This document shows, one piece after another, positions 6,870 to 14,938 of a stretch of DNA of 38,662 nucleotides. Position 1 is the first letter of the stretch. Each line of letters begins with the position of its first letter. The stretch is from Muribaculaceae bacterium. GTDB lineage: Bacteria > Bacteroidota > Bacteroidia > Bacteroidales > Muribaculaceae. The DNA lies in NCBI GenBank assembly GCA_048222005.1, contig DBFWRP010000108.1, positions 1 through 38,662 of the forward strand. The letters run 5' to 3'. Position numbers and translations under genes: made by a program. The notes below the pieces were generated by a model. That model was not told the origin of the DNA. It ran no database searches and was given only the letters and a program-made list of their open reading frames with translations.

Positions 6870-9470
6870 ATGAAACTAACGGACCGCATTAAAAACATAC
6901 CTGCGAATTTCGCCTCCGCCATCCGGCGTCCGCAGTGCTGGGGCTTCCTTGTGTCGCTTGCCGTAATTGCACTGTTCTCCATAGCATTCTTCTATCCCGA
7001 CGCGTCGCTGGGCAACCAGTTGCGCCAGCACGACATGCAGCAGGGAGCAGCAATCGGCTATGAAGCAACACACTACGCAGAGGAGCACGGCACCGACACT
7101 CCCCGCTGGACCAACTCCCTGTTCGGCGGTATGCCCACCTTCCAGATCTCACCATCCTACCCCTCCGACTCGCTGTTCTCCTGGATAAATACCGTTTACG
7201 GAGCCGGATTGCCCTCGCCGTCCAATCTGCTTTTCATGATGATGACCGGATTCCTCATTCTCATGGCAGCCATGAAAGTACGGTGGTACTATGGGCTTAT
7301 AGGAGCCGTGGCATGGGGATTCTCCTCTTATTTCATCATCATAATCGGTGCCGGCCACATATGGAAATTCGTAACCCTGGCATACATCCCGCCCACAATC
7401 GCCGGCATAATCCTGGCTTACCGAGGGCGCTGGCTCATCGGCTCGGCTCTTGCCGCGCTCTTCGCCATGATGCAGATAATGAACAACCACGTGCAGATGT
7501 CCTACTACTTCCTGTTCGTGATTGTGGCCCTTTCCGTGGCCTATCTCGTTCAGGCCATGCGCACCAGGACAGTACCGCAATGGCTCAAGGCTACCGGAGC
7601 CCTCGCCATAGCCGGAGCCCTCGCCGTCACAGCCAATCTGCCGAACCTCTACCACACCTACATATACTCCGCGGAGACAATGCGCGGAAACCATTCGGAA
7701 CTCACGCAGCCCGGAACCGCCGCATCTGCAGCCAAGACCTCCGGACTCGACCGCGACTACATCACCCAGTACAGCTACGGCAAAGCCGAATCGCTCACGC
7801 TCCTGATACCCAACATCAAGGGCGGCGCATCAGCACGCCCTGTGAACGGCAACCTGCAGGCCACATCGGTGATGGAGCTTGACGGCGCACGCGAAGCCGC
7901 TGCCGCCGCAGGCCTCAATGAAGGCGAATATCAATATCTCGTCAACTATGTCGGCCAATATTTCGGTGAACCGGAGAGCACAAACGGCCCCGTCTATGTA
8001 GGAGCCATCATCTTCACCCTGTTCCTGCTTGGATGCATCATCGTGAAAGGACCGGTGAAATGGGCGCTACTGGCTGCCACCGTGCTTTCGCTGCTACTGG
8101 CCCTCGGACGCAACCTCCAGTGGTTCACCGACCTGTTCATCGACTATGTGCCGATGTACGCCAAATTCCGCACCGTAGAGAGCATCCTTGTGGTGGCCGA
8201 ATTCACCATTCCTCTGCTGGCCATCCTTGCCCTGCAGCAGCTCCTCCGCAATCCCGGCGAGGCCACACGCTACCGCCGCGCCATCTACACCTCGTTCGGT
8301 CTGACCGCCCTGCTCTGCCTTGCTGGCTATCTTTTCCCGGCCATCTACGGGCCGGCAATCAGCCAGGGCGACATGCAGCTCAGCGACATGCTCGGCTATC
8401 AGCTTCAGCAGGCAGGCTATCCGCAGGAAGCCGTAAGCATGTTCAGCATCTCCAATCCGGTCATCGCCGGTGTCGTGGAGCAACTTCGGTTCTCCATGGT
8501 CAAGGCCGATTCGCTCCGCTCGCTGATTTTCATACTGCTTGCATTCGGTGCCGTGATGCTCTGCACTACACGCAGACTGAAACCCTGGGCGGCAGTGACA
8601 ATTATCGGCGTGCTCATCGCCGTCGACCTCTACACCGTCGACAAACGTTACCTCAACCACGACAGTTTCTGCCCGCCTGAACTGTCGGCCGCCGACCCCT
8701 TCCCCCTCTCAGCCACCGACAAAGCCATCCTTGCCGACACCGCCATGAACTACCGAGTGATGGACATCCCGCAGTTCTATCAGGCTGCCCCGTCGCGCCA
8801 CCACAAGGCCGTGGGCGGCTACCACGCAGCCAAGTTAACCCGCTATCAGGACCTCATAGACCGCCATCTGTCGCATTTCACCTCGGGCAACCCCACGGAA
8901 GCCGATTTCAGGGTGCTCGACATGCTCAACGCGCGTTACATCGTCGGCCCCGACGGCAAGCCCACTCTCAACGACCGCGCCTTAGGCAACGCATGGTTTG
9001 TTGACAGCATTTCATACGTTGACACACCTGACCAGGAGATGGCAGCCCTGTCGACAATCGATCCGGCCACCGAGGCTGTGGCTGACAAGCGCTTCGAGAA
9101 TGTGCTCGGGAAATCCGACACCGCAACTCCAGGCGACACCATCTACGAAACCACCTATGCCCCCGACCGTCTCACCTACAAGGCACACTCGGCCAACGGC
9201 GGAGTGGCAGTGTTCTCCGAAGTGTTCTTCCCATGGGGATGGGAAGCGAAAATCGACGGACAACCTGCAGAAATAGGCCGCGTAAACTACATTCTGCGCG
9301 CCATAGCCATCCCTGCCGGCGAGCACTCGGTAGAGATGACATTCCGCCCCGCCTCCGTAACCCGCACCGTGTCGGCGGCACGCGTAGCCGTAATAATAAT
9401 TTATCTCCTGCTGGTTTTGGCAGCAGTGCAGTCGCTAACGTCACTCCGAGGGAAACATGAACTGGATTAA
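6870..9470 (+). CDS. YfhO-family multi-pass membrane protein (GT-C fold glycosyltransferase)
   Basis: QHD, WTNSLFGGMPTFQ, AGHIWK, NHVQMSYY, YVGA, GGYHAAKL and FSEVFFPWGW...RVNYILRA; many TM segments; start reassigned to ATG 6870. Confidence 0.88.
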   Translation: MKLTDRIKNIPANFASAIRRPQCWGFLVSLAVIALFSIAFFYPDASLGNQLRQHDMQQGAAIGYEATHYAEEHGTDTPRWTNSLFGGMPTFQISPSYPSDSLFSWINTVYGAGLPSPSNLLFMMMTGFLILMAAMKVRWYYGLIGAVAWGFSSYFIIIIGAGHIWKFVTLAYIPPTIAGIILAYRGRWLIGSALAALFAMMQIMNNHVQMSYYFLFVIVALSVAYLVQAMRTRTVPQWLKATGALAIAGALAVTANLPNLYHTYIYSAETMRGNHSELTQPGTAASAAKTSGLDRDYITQYSYGKAESLTLLIPNIKGGASARPVNGNLQATSVMELDGAREAAAAAGLNEGEYQYLVNYVGQYFGEPESTNGPVYVGAIIFTLFLLGCIIVKGPVKWALLAATVLSLLLALGRNLQWFTDLFIDYVPMYAKFRTVESILVVAEFTIPLLAILALQQLLRNPGEATRYRRAIYTSFGLTALLCLAGYLFPAIYGPAISQGDMQLSDMLGYQLQQAGYPQEAVSMFSISNPVIAGVVEQLRFSMVKADSLRSLIFILLAFGAVMLCTTRRLKPWAAVTIIGVLIAVDLYTVDKRYLNHDSFCPPELSAADPFPLSATDKAILADTAMNYRVMDIPQFYQAAPSRHHKAVGGYHAAKLTRYQDLIDRHLSHFTSGNPTEADFRVLDMLNARYIVGPDGKPTLNDRALGNAWFVDSISYVDTPDQEMAALSTIDPATEAVADKRFENVLGKSDTATPGDTIYETTYAPDRLTYKAHSANGGVAVFSEVFFPWGWEAKIDGQPAEIGRVNYILRAIAIPAGEHSVEMTFRPASVTRTVSAARVAVIIIYLLLVLAAVQSLTSLRGKHELD

Positions 9471-10092
9471 ACATCTGCTGACCTATCCCGCGCGATTGCG
9501 CCGGAGCCACGGCTTCGGGGTACACTCACCGTTTGCCTACCACTTCATAACAAGAGTGCTGCGCGAACGTGAGGCTGCCTATTACGCCTATCCTGAAATC
9601 GCGGCATACTGCCCCAAGGCACGGCGTGCCGGGTTCAATGAAATCTTTGCCGGCCGCGACATGGCCATACCGGAGGCGCAGATGCTGTTCAGAATCTTAT
9701 GCTTTTTCAATCCTCACGAGATTGTGGAAGTGGGCAACGGCCATGAAACCACCGGAATCATATATCTGCGCGCTGTCCCGCGTGCGAAGGCATATCTTTT
9801 CCAGACCAGCCGCACAGAAGCCTCCCTGTCCGGAAAGGATCCGCTGATTATCATGGTCAACCAGGTGACCGAGGAGGAGTATGATGAGGTGAAAGAGTTC
9901 ATTGACCGCATGCTCCAGAGCCGGGAGACGGTGGTGTTCATGCGGCACATGCATTCGCTCGACACCATACGCATGCTATGGCAGCACATCATCACCACAT
10001 CAACCCACGGCATGGGGTTCTTCGACTCTTACACCGGCATTTTCGTGTCGCGCAGCGGGCTGCCTTCGCAGACCTTTGAAATCCTCATGTAA
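9457..10092 (+). CDS. Conserved Bacteroidetes protein (HGFGVHSPF family), probable degenerate class I SAM methyltransferase fold
   Basis: RRSHGFGVHSPFAY N-terminus; LFRILCFFNPHEIVEVGNG motif-I-like segment; overlaps the YfhO gene by 14 bp. Confidence 0.65.
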   Translation: MNWIKHLLTYPARLRRSHGFGVHSPFAYHFITRVLREREAAYYAYPEIAAYCPKARRAGFNEIFAGRDMAIPEAQMLFRILCFFNPHEIVEVGNGHETTGIIYLRAVPRAKAYLFQTSRTEASLSGKDPLIIMVNQVTEEEYDEVKEFIDRMLQSRETVVFMRHMHSLDTIRMLWQHIITTSTHGMGFFDSYTGIFVSRSGLPSQTFEILM

Positions 10093-10126
10093 CACCCCCC
10101 TCACCCATTCCGACACCACGGGCAAA

Positions 10127-11041
10127 ATGCGTAAAATCGGTAACATCAAGTCGCTGCTGCGCGAATTCCGAGGCTATCTCACACTGGAACGCGGCCTGTC
10201 GGCCCACACCGCCGATTCATACGAATTCGACCTGCAGAAACTGCTGCCGTTCCTTGAGCAGGAACATATCGGACTTGCCGAGGTGACCTACAGAAATCTC
10301 GAGACTTTTGCCGCAACGCTCTTCGACCTTGGGATTGCCGACGCCACCCGCAAGCGCATTCTTGCCGGGGTAAAATCATTTTTTCACTTCCTGAAAACAG
10401 AAGGATTCATCGAGGAGGACCCGTCGCTGCTGCTCGAGACACCCCGTCTCGGGCTGCATCTGCCCGAAGTGCTGTCGGTCGAAGAGATCGACGCCCTCAT
10501 AAACGCCATCGACCCGACGGCGGCAGAGGCCACCCGCAACCGCGCCATAATAGAGACACTCTATGGATGCGGCATGCGTGTCAGCGAGCTTGTCAACCTG
10601 GAGTTCTCGCAGCTTATGCTCAATGAGGAGTTCATCATCGTGCACGGCAAAGGCAACAAGGAGCGTATGGTGCCTGTGTCTCCCGTGGCTGCCGCATGCA
10701 TAGTGGATTATGCCGAAGGCGACCGCAACCTCGTGGACGCGAAAAAAGGGGAGGAAAACATAGTGTTTCTGAGCCGCCGCGGCACCCGACTCACACGTCA
10801 GATGATATTCACCCTCATAAAACGCCTCGCAGCGGCCGCCGACATACGCAAGAACATCTCGCCCCACACTCTCCGGCACTCATTCGCCACCCACCTGCTT
10901 GAAGGGGGCGCCAATCTCCGTGCCATACAACAGATGCTCGGGCATGAAAGCATTGCTACCACCGAAATCTATCTGAACATCGACAACACGCACCTGCGCA
11001 GCGAAATCCTCCTGCATCACCCCCGCAACATGAAATCGTAA
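10127..11041 (+). CDS. xerD: Chromosomal tyrosine recombinase XerD
   Basis: 304 aa from ATG 10127; LYGCGMRVSEL, GKGNKER and HTLRHSFATHLLEGGANLRAIQQMLGHESIATTEIY. Confidence 0.9.
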   Translation: MRKIGNIKSLLREFRGYLTLERGLSAHTADSYEFDLQKLLPFLEQEHIGLAEVTYRNLETFAATLFDLGIADATRKRILAGVKSFFHFLKTEGFIEEDPSLLLETPRLGLHLPEVLSVEEIDALINAIDPTAAEATRNRAIIETLYGCGMRVSELVNLEFSQLMLNEEFIIVHGKGNKERMVPVSPVAAACIVDYAEGDRNLVDAKKGEENIVFLSRRGTRLTRQMIFTLIKRLAAAADIRKNISPHTLRHSFATHLLEGGANLRAIQQMLGHESIATTEIYLNIDNTHLRSEILLHHPRNMKS

Positions 11042-11047
11042 AACCGG

Positions 11048-11078
11048 GGGAGTGTTGCAAAACAGCTAACTCCCTACA
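11048..11078 (-). repeat. Degenerate REP-like hairpin or terminator after xerD
   Basis: Minus strand TGTAGGGAGTTAGCTGTTTTGCAACACTCCC: same TGTAGGGA head, GGGAGT/ACTCCC stem. Confidence 0.35.
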
Positions 11079-11136
11079 TTTCGGATTATACAACAACCCC
11101 ATTACAGCGCCACTTGCATAAATTAACATTTTTTTG

Positions 11137-11144
11137 TAACTTTG
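11137..11144 (+). promoter_or_regulatory. -7 element (TAACTTTG) for SulP
   Basis: TAnnTTTG preceded by a T-run, about 140 bp upstream of the ATG. Confidence 0.7.
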
Positions 11145-11286
11145 CGGCGTTCCATCTGGCGGAATGCCATCCGGTTACCGCCGCAGGCACGTTTCAACCA
11201 TATTCAGGCAGCAGTGATGCCGCACAGCAATAGGGTTATCACAAAGGTAATAAGTACGGTAGATTATATTTTAAAGGTTTGAATTT

Positions 11287-13005
11287 ATGAATTTTAGCGG
11301 AACTGTGGACTTCCGGCCCAAACTGTGGTCGGCCCTGCGCCACTACAACACTAAAAAACTGCAGGCCGACCTCGTGGCCGGCATCGTGGTGGGCATCGTG
11401 GCCCTCCCTCTGGCAATCGCATTCGGTATAGCATCGGGTGTAAGCCCCACAATCGGTCTGATCACAGCAATCATCGGCGGCTTTATGGTGTCGGCGTTCG
11501 GAGGCAACTCCGTGCAGATCGGCGGCCCTACTGGTGCATTTATCGTCATTGTCTACGGCATCATTGCCCGCTTCGGGCTTGAAGGTCTGGCGGTGGCCAC
11601 TTTCATGGCCGGCCTCATACTGGTGCTGATGGGACTCTTCAAACTCGGCACGGTAATCAAATTCATCCCTTATCCCATTGTGGTGGGATTCACCGCCGGT
11701 ATCGCGCTCACCATCCTTTCCACACAGGTGAACGACTTTCTCGGCATGGGCCTGCGCGACCTTCCCGGCGATTTCGTGACAAAATGGGGCGTCTATTTCA
11801 GCAACTTCGACCATATCCACATCCCCACGCTGCTTGTGGCACTTGCCTCGCTTGCCATCATCATCGTCACCCCGAAAATCTCCAAACGCCTCCCTGGAGC
11901 CCTGCTCGCTATCGTGGTGATCACAGCCGTGGTCTACGTGCTCAAAATTTATGACCCGGCACTGGGTATAACAACCATCGGCGACCGCTTCGGCGGGATG
12001 TCGACCGACCTTCCTGAAGTGCACGGCTTCACACTCACAATGGAGAACATCAATCTGCTCCTCCCCTCGGCCTTCACCATAGCCGTGCTCGGGGCCATTG
12101 AATCGCTCCTTTCGGCCACGGTGGCCGACGGTGTGACCGGATCGCACACATCAACCAACACCGAGCTCATCGGTCAGGGCATGGCCAACATAGTGGTGCC
12201 GTTCTTCGGCGGCATTCCCGTCACCGGAGCCATTGCGCGCACAATGACCAACATCACCAACGGCGGCCGCACACCCGTGGCCGGAGTGGTGCATGCCGTG
12301 GTGCTCCTGCTAATCTTCATTTTCCTCATGCCGCTCATCAACTACGTGCCCATGGCATGCCTTGCCGCCGTGCTGGTAATGGTTTCGTACAACATGAGCG
12401 GATGGCGCACCATCCGCGGCATGCTCAAGAATCCCAAGAGCGACATCTCGGTGATGACCGTGACATTCCTCCTCACGGTGATCTTCGACCTCACCATCGC
12501 TATCGAGATCGGCCTGCTGCTGGCCATCGTGCTCTTCCTGCGCCGCGTGATGGAGAACACTGAAATAAAGGTTTATTCCGAACAGCTCGACGTTGCAGAA
12601 GGCACCGACCTCGATGCCTCGCACCATGAGGTGCTCGACGTGAAACCGGGCGTGGAGGTCTACGAAATCGACGGTCCGTTCTTCTTCGGTGTCGCCACCA
12701 AATTCGATGAAATGATGCGAAGCACCCTCGCTGCCAAACCGAAGGTGCGCATCGTGCGCATGCGTAAGGTGCCGTTCATCGACTCAACGGCCATCCACAA
12801 TCTCGAGATTCTCATCACCTCGTCGCAGAAGGAGAATATCCATATAGTTCTCTCTGGCGTAAAAGAGAACGTACGCCAGACACTTATGCATGCCGGAATC
12901 GACCGTCTGATCGGCGCCGACCACATCTGCCCGCACATCTCCGTGGCTGTGAAGATGGCGAACGCCATAGTTGAAAAAGAAACCGGAAACGAAAAGACGG
13001 CCTGA
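11287..13005 (+). CDS. SulP/SLC26 anion permease with C-terminal STAS domain
   Basis: DLVAGIVVGIVALPLAIAFGIASG, QIGGPTGAF, GAIESLLSA, ELIGQG, TGAIART, IDGPFFFG and VPFIDST. Confidence 0.95.
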   Translation: MNFSGTVDFRPKLWSALRHYNTKKLQADLVAGIVVGIVALPLAIAFGIASGVSPTIGLITAIIGGFMVSAFGGNSVQIGGPTGAFIVIVYGIIARFGLEGLAVATFMAGLILVLMGLFKLGTVIKFIPYPIVVGFTAGIALTILSTQVNDFLGMGLRDLPGDFVTKWGVYFSNFDHIHIPTLLVALASLAIIIVTPKISKRLPGALLAIVVITAVVYVLKIYDPALGITTIGDRFGGMSTDLPEVHGFTLTMENINLLLPSAFTIAVLGAIESLLSATVADGVTGSHTSTNTELIGQGMANIVVPFFGGIPVTGAIARTMTNITNGGRTPVAGVVHAVVLLLIFIFLMPLINYVPMACLAAVLVMVSYNMSGWRTIRGMLKNPKSDISVMTVTFLLTVIFDLTIAIEIGLLLAIVLFLRRVMENTEIKVYSEQLDVAEGTDLDASHHEVLDVKPGVEVYEIDGPFFFGVATKFDEMMRSTLAAKPKVRIVRMRKVPFIDSTAIHNLEILITSSQKENIHIVLSGVKENVRQTLMHAGIDRLIGADHICPHISVAVKMANAIVEKETGNEKTA

Positions 13006-13021
13006 CGGCCGTGAGCGACTT

Positions 13022-14248
13022 TCAGGACGCTGACGCGGTGCGCCTGACTATCAACGCCACCACCGGCGTAAGCAGCACACCCACCGCCACTACAGCAAGC
13101 ACCGTAATCCCCACGTCGGCCAACTGGAGCACCACAGGATAACTGTCGACACTCAGCAGGGCGGGATTCGTCCCGCCCAGCTTCACCCAGCCGAAACGGG
13201 TCTGACCCAACACAAGCAGCGCCCCGGCAATGATGCCGGCCATCCCTCCGCACACTACGATCAGCCATCCCTGCGTGCAGAACACATCCCGGATAAAGCT
13301 ACCCTCGGCTCCCATAGCACGCAAAATGCCCATATTCGGCTGCTTGTCAAGCACAAGCATGGATAGTGTGGAGATAATGTTGGCCGATGCTATCAACAGG
13401 ATGAACGCAAGCATCACGAAGGTTATCCATTTCTCGATGGCAATCATGCGGAACGCCTGCTCCTGCTGCCGGTAACGGTCCTTTACAACAAGCCCGTGAT
13501 TGTCGGCAAACTGCGATAACGAGGCATCAAGCCGACGTGACGCAGTGTTCTGAGGCGTGTAGACTGCAATGCCGGTGGCTGCATCCTGATATGAAAGCAA
13601 ACGGGCCGCCACATGATAAGGCAAGACTATCACATCGCGGTCGTACTCCTCCTGTTCGCACTGAAACACTCCCACCACCTCACACGGATTGCGCCTGAAG
13701 GCCGCCATAGGGTTGGCAGGATTGATGTTGCCCACGCGGCGAGGCTCATAAACAGTGAAACTGTCAAGCCCGGCGGAGGGACGCAAACCGAGCTGAATGG
13801 CCACCCCCACACTCAACAGGGCGGAATTATCGGACGTGAGAGCCGGCGAGCCGTCGACCAGAGTGCGTCCTATCCCCGACAGAGCCACACCGCGCCCTGT
13901 CATCCCCTTAATAATCACAGGCATCTGACCGGACTCCGCCACCACGAAAGCCTGCTCCGTTATCTGCGGTTCGGCTGCATCGATGCCATCGACAGAGGCA
14001 AGCTGCCGCGACAAGGCTCCGGCATCTGAGATAACCTTCCCCTCGGCCGGAACCAGCAGGTAGGGTGAATCGAATGCCGACAGCTTGCTTTGCGCCAGCT
14101 GCTCGAATCCGTTGAACACCGACAGCACAATCACCATGGCCGCCGCGGCTACAGCCACTGCGGCCAGCGATATGGCCGATATGATGTTGACGGCACCGAA
14201 CTGTTTGCGCGACAAGAGGTAGCGCAAGGCTATGCGCAGCGAAAGCAA
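13022..14248 (-). CDS. LolC/E (FtsX-like) ABC transporter permease
   Basis: IALRYLLS, VLSVFNGF and IASANIISTLSMLVLDK...ILRAMGA; TTG start. Confidence 0.88.
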   Translation of the reverse strand: MLSLRIALRYLLSRKQFGAVNIISAISLAAVAVAAAAMVIVLSVFNGFEQLAQSKLSAFDSPYLLVPAEGKVISDAGALSRQLASVDGIDAAEPQITEQAFVVAESGQMPVIIKGMTGRGVALSGIGRTLVDGSPALTSDNSALLSVGVAIQLGLRPSAGLDSFTVYEPRRVGNINPANPMAAFRRNPCEVVGVFQCEQEEYDRDVIVLPYHVAARLLSYQDAATGIAVYTPQNTASRRLDASLSQFADNHGLVVKDRYRQQEQAFRMIAIEKWITFVMLAFILLIASANIISTLSMLVLDKQPNMGILRAMGAEGSFIRDVFCTQGWLIVVCGGMAGIIAGALLVLGQTRFGWVKLGGTNPALLSVDSYPVVLQLADVGITVLAVVAVGVLLTPVVALIVRRTASAS

Positions 14249-14300
14249 TGTGACTTAAAGGTTATATTATTGGTATCTACGGCGTTGCGTAACTGCCAAC

Positions 14301-14330
14301 TGTAGGGACGCACAGACAGTGCGCCCCAAC
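14301..14330 (+). repeat. GTAG-headed REP-like palindrome between rbfA and the LolE-like gene
   Basis: TGTAGGGACGCAC-agaca-GTGCGCCCCAAC; shares the TGTAGGGAC head with the 17435 copies. Confidence 0.6.
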
Positions 14331-14366
14331 TTATCGAAGGAAATTTGCAACATCCTTTGGATTTGG

Positions 14367-14708
14367 TTATTTGTCTTCCTTAAGCAGGTTGTCGATGTTC
14401 TCGATGTAGTCGAGCGAATCGTCGAGATGGAAAGTGAGTTCCGGAATTTTGCGGAGCTGATAGCGCACCTGCTGGCCCAGTTCATAACGGATGGTGCGGG
14501 CGCTGCGTTTGATGTTCTCAAGAATTTCCTGACCCTTCTCAGAGGGGAAAATCGAAAGATAGGCACGCGCCACACTCAGATCCGGGCTTACTCGCACGGC
14601 CGACACCGACACCAGTATGCCGTGGGTCTTTGCGGTCTGCCTGCGCAGAATCTCGCTGAGTTCTTTCTGTATGAGACGTGCTATCTTAGCCTGACGTGTT
14701 GATTCCAT
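14367..14708 (-). CDS. rbfA: Ribosome-binding factor A
   Basis: MESTRQAKIARLIQKELSEI...VRVSPDLSVARAYLSIF...LRKIPELTFHLDDSLDY. Confidence 0.97.
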   Translation of the reverse strand: MESTRQAKIARLIQKELSEILRRQTAKTHGILVSVSAVRVSPDLSVARAYLSIFPSEKGQEILENIKRSARTIRYELGQQVRYQLRKIPELTFHLDDSLDYIENIDNLLKEDK

Positions 14709-14761
14709 AATCGTTACTTGTTTTTATCGGTTGTATGTGAGTATAACAACCGTTCCGAACG

Positions 14762-14769
14762 CAAAGTTA
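14762..14769 (-). promoter_or_regulatory. -7 element (TAACTTTG) for rbfA
   Basis: CAAAGTTA on + strand, about 55 bp upstream of the rbfA ATG. Confidence 0.7.
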
Positions 14770-14854
14770 ACCAAATTGTTCCCATCAACCCTTAAAAGAG
14801 TTTAGCAATTTAGTTAAATTAATTAACAACCCTGTAAAATTCCGGCGATTCAAT

Positions 14855-14862
14855 TAATTTTG
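14855..14862 (+). promoter_or_regulatory. -7 element (TAATTTTG) for the secreted nuclease
   Basis: TAnnTTTG in the AT-rich divergent intergenic region. Confidence 0.55.
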
Positions 14863-14938
14863 AAACTAGTAAAGACAGCCTGCGGCCATGCGGCTGTCCC
14901 ATGTTAAACATCTACAGACCTTAACTAAATATCGAACA

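Noticed and set aside
10127..11041. Tyrosine recombinase as a possible phage/ICE integrase
   Set aside because: Size and motifs match housekeeping XerD; flanked by core genes with no att sites or cargo.
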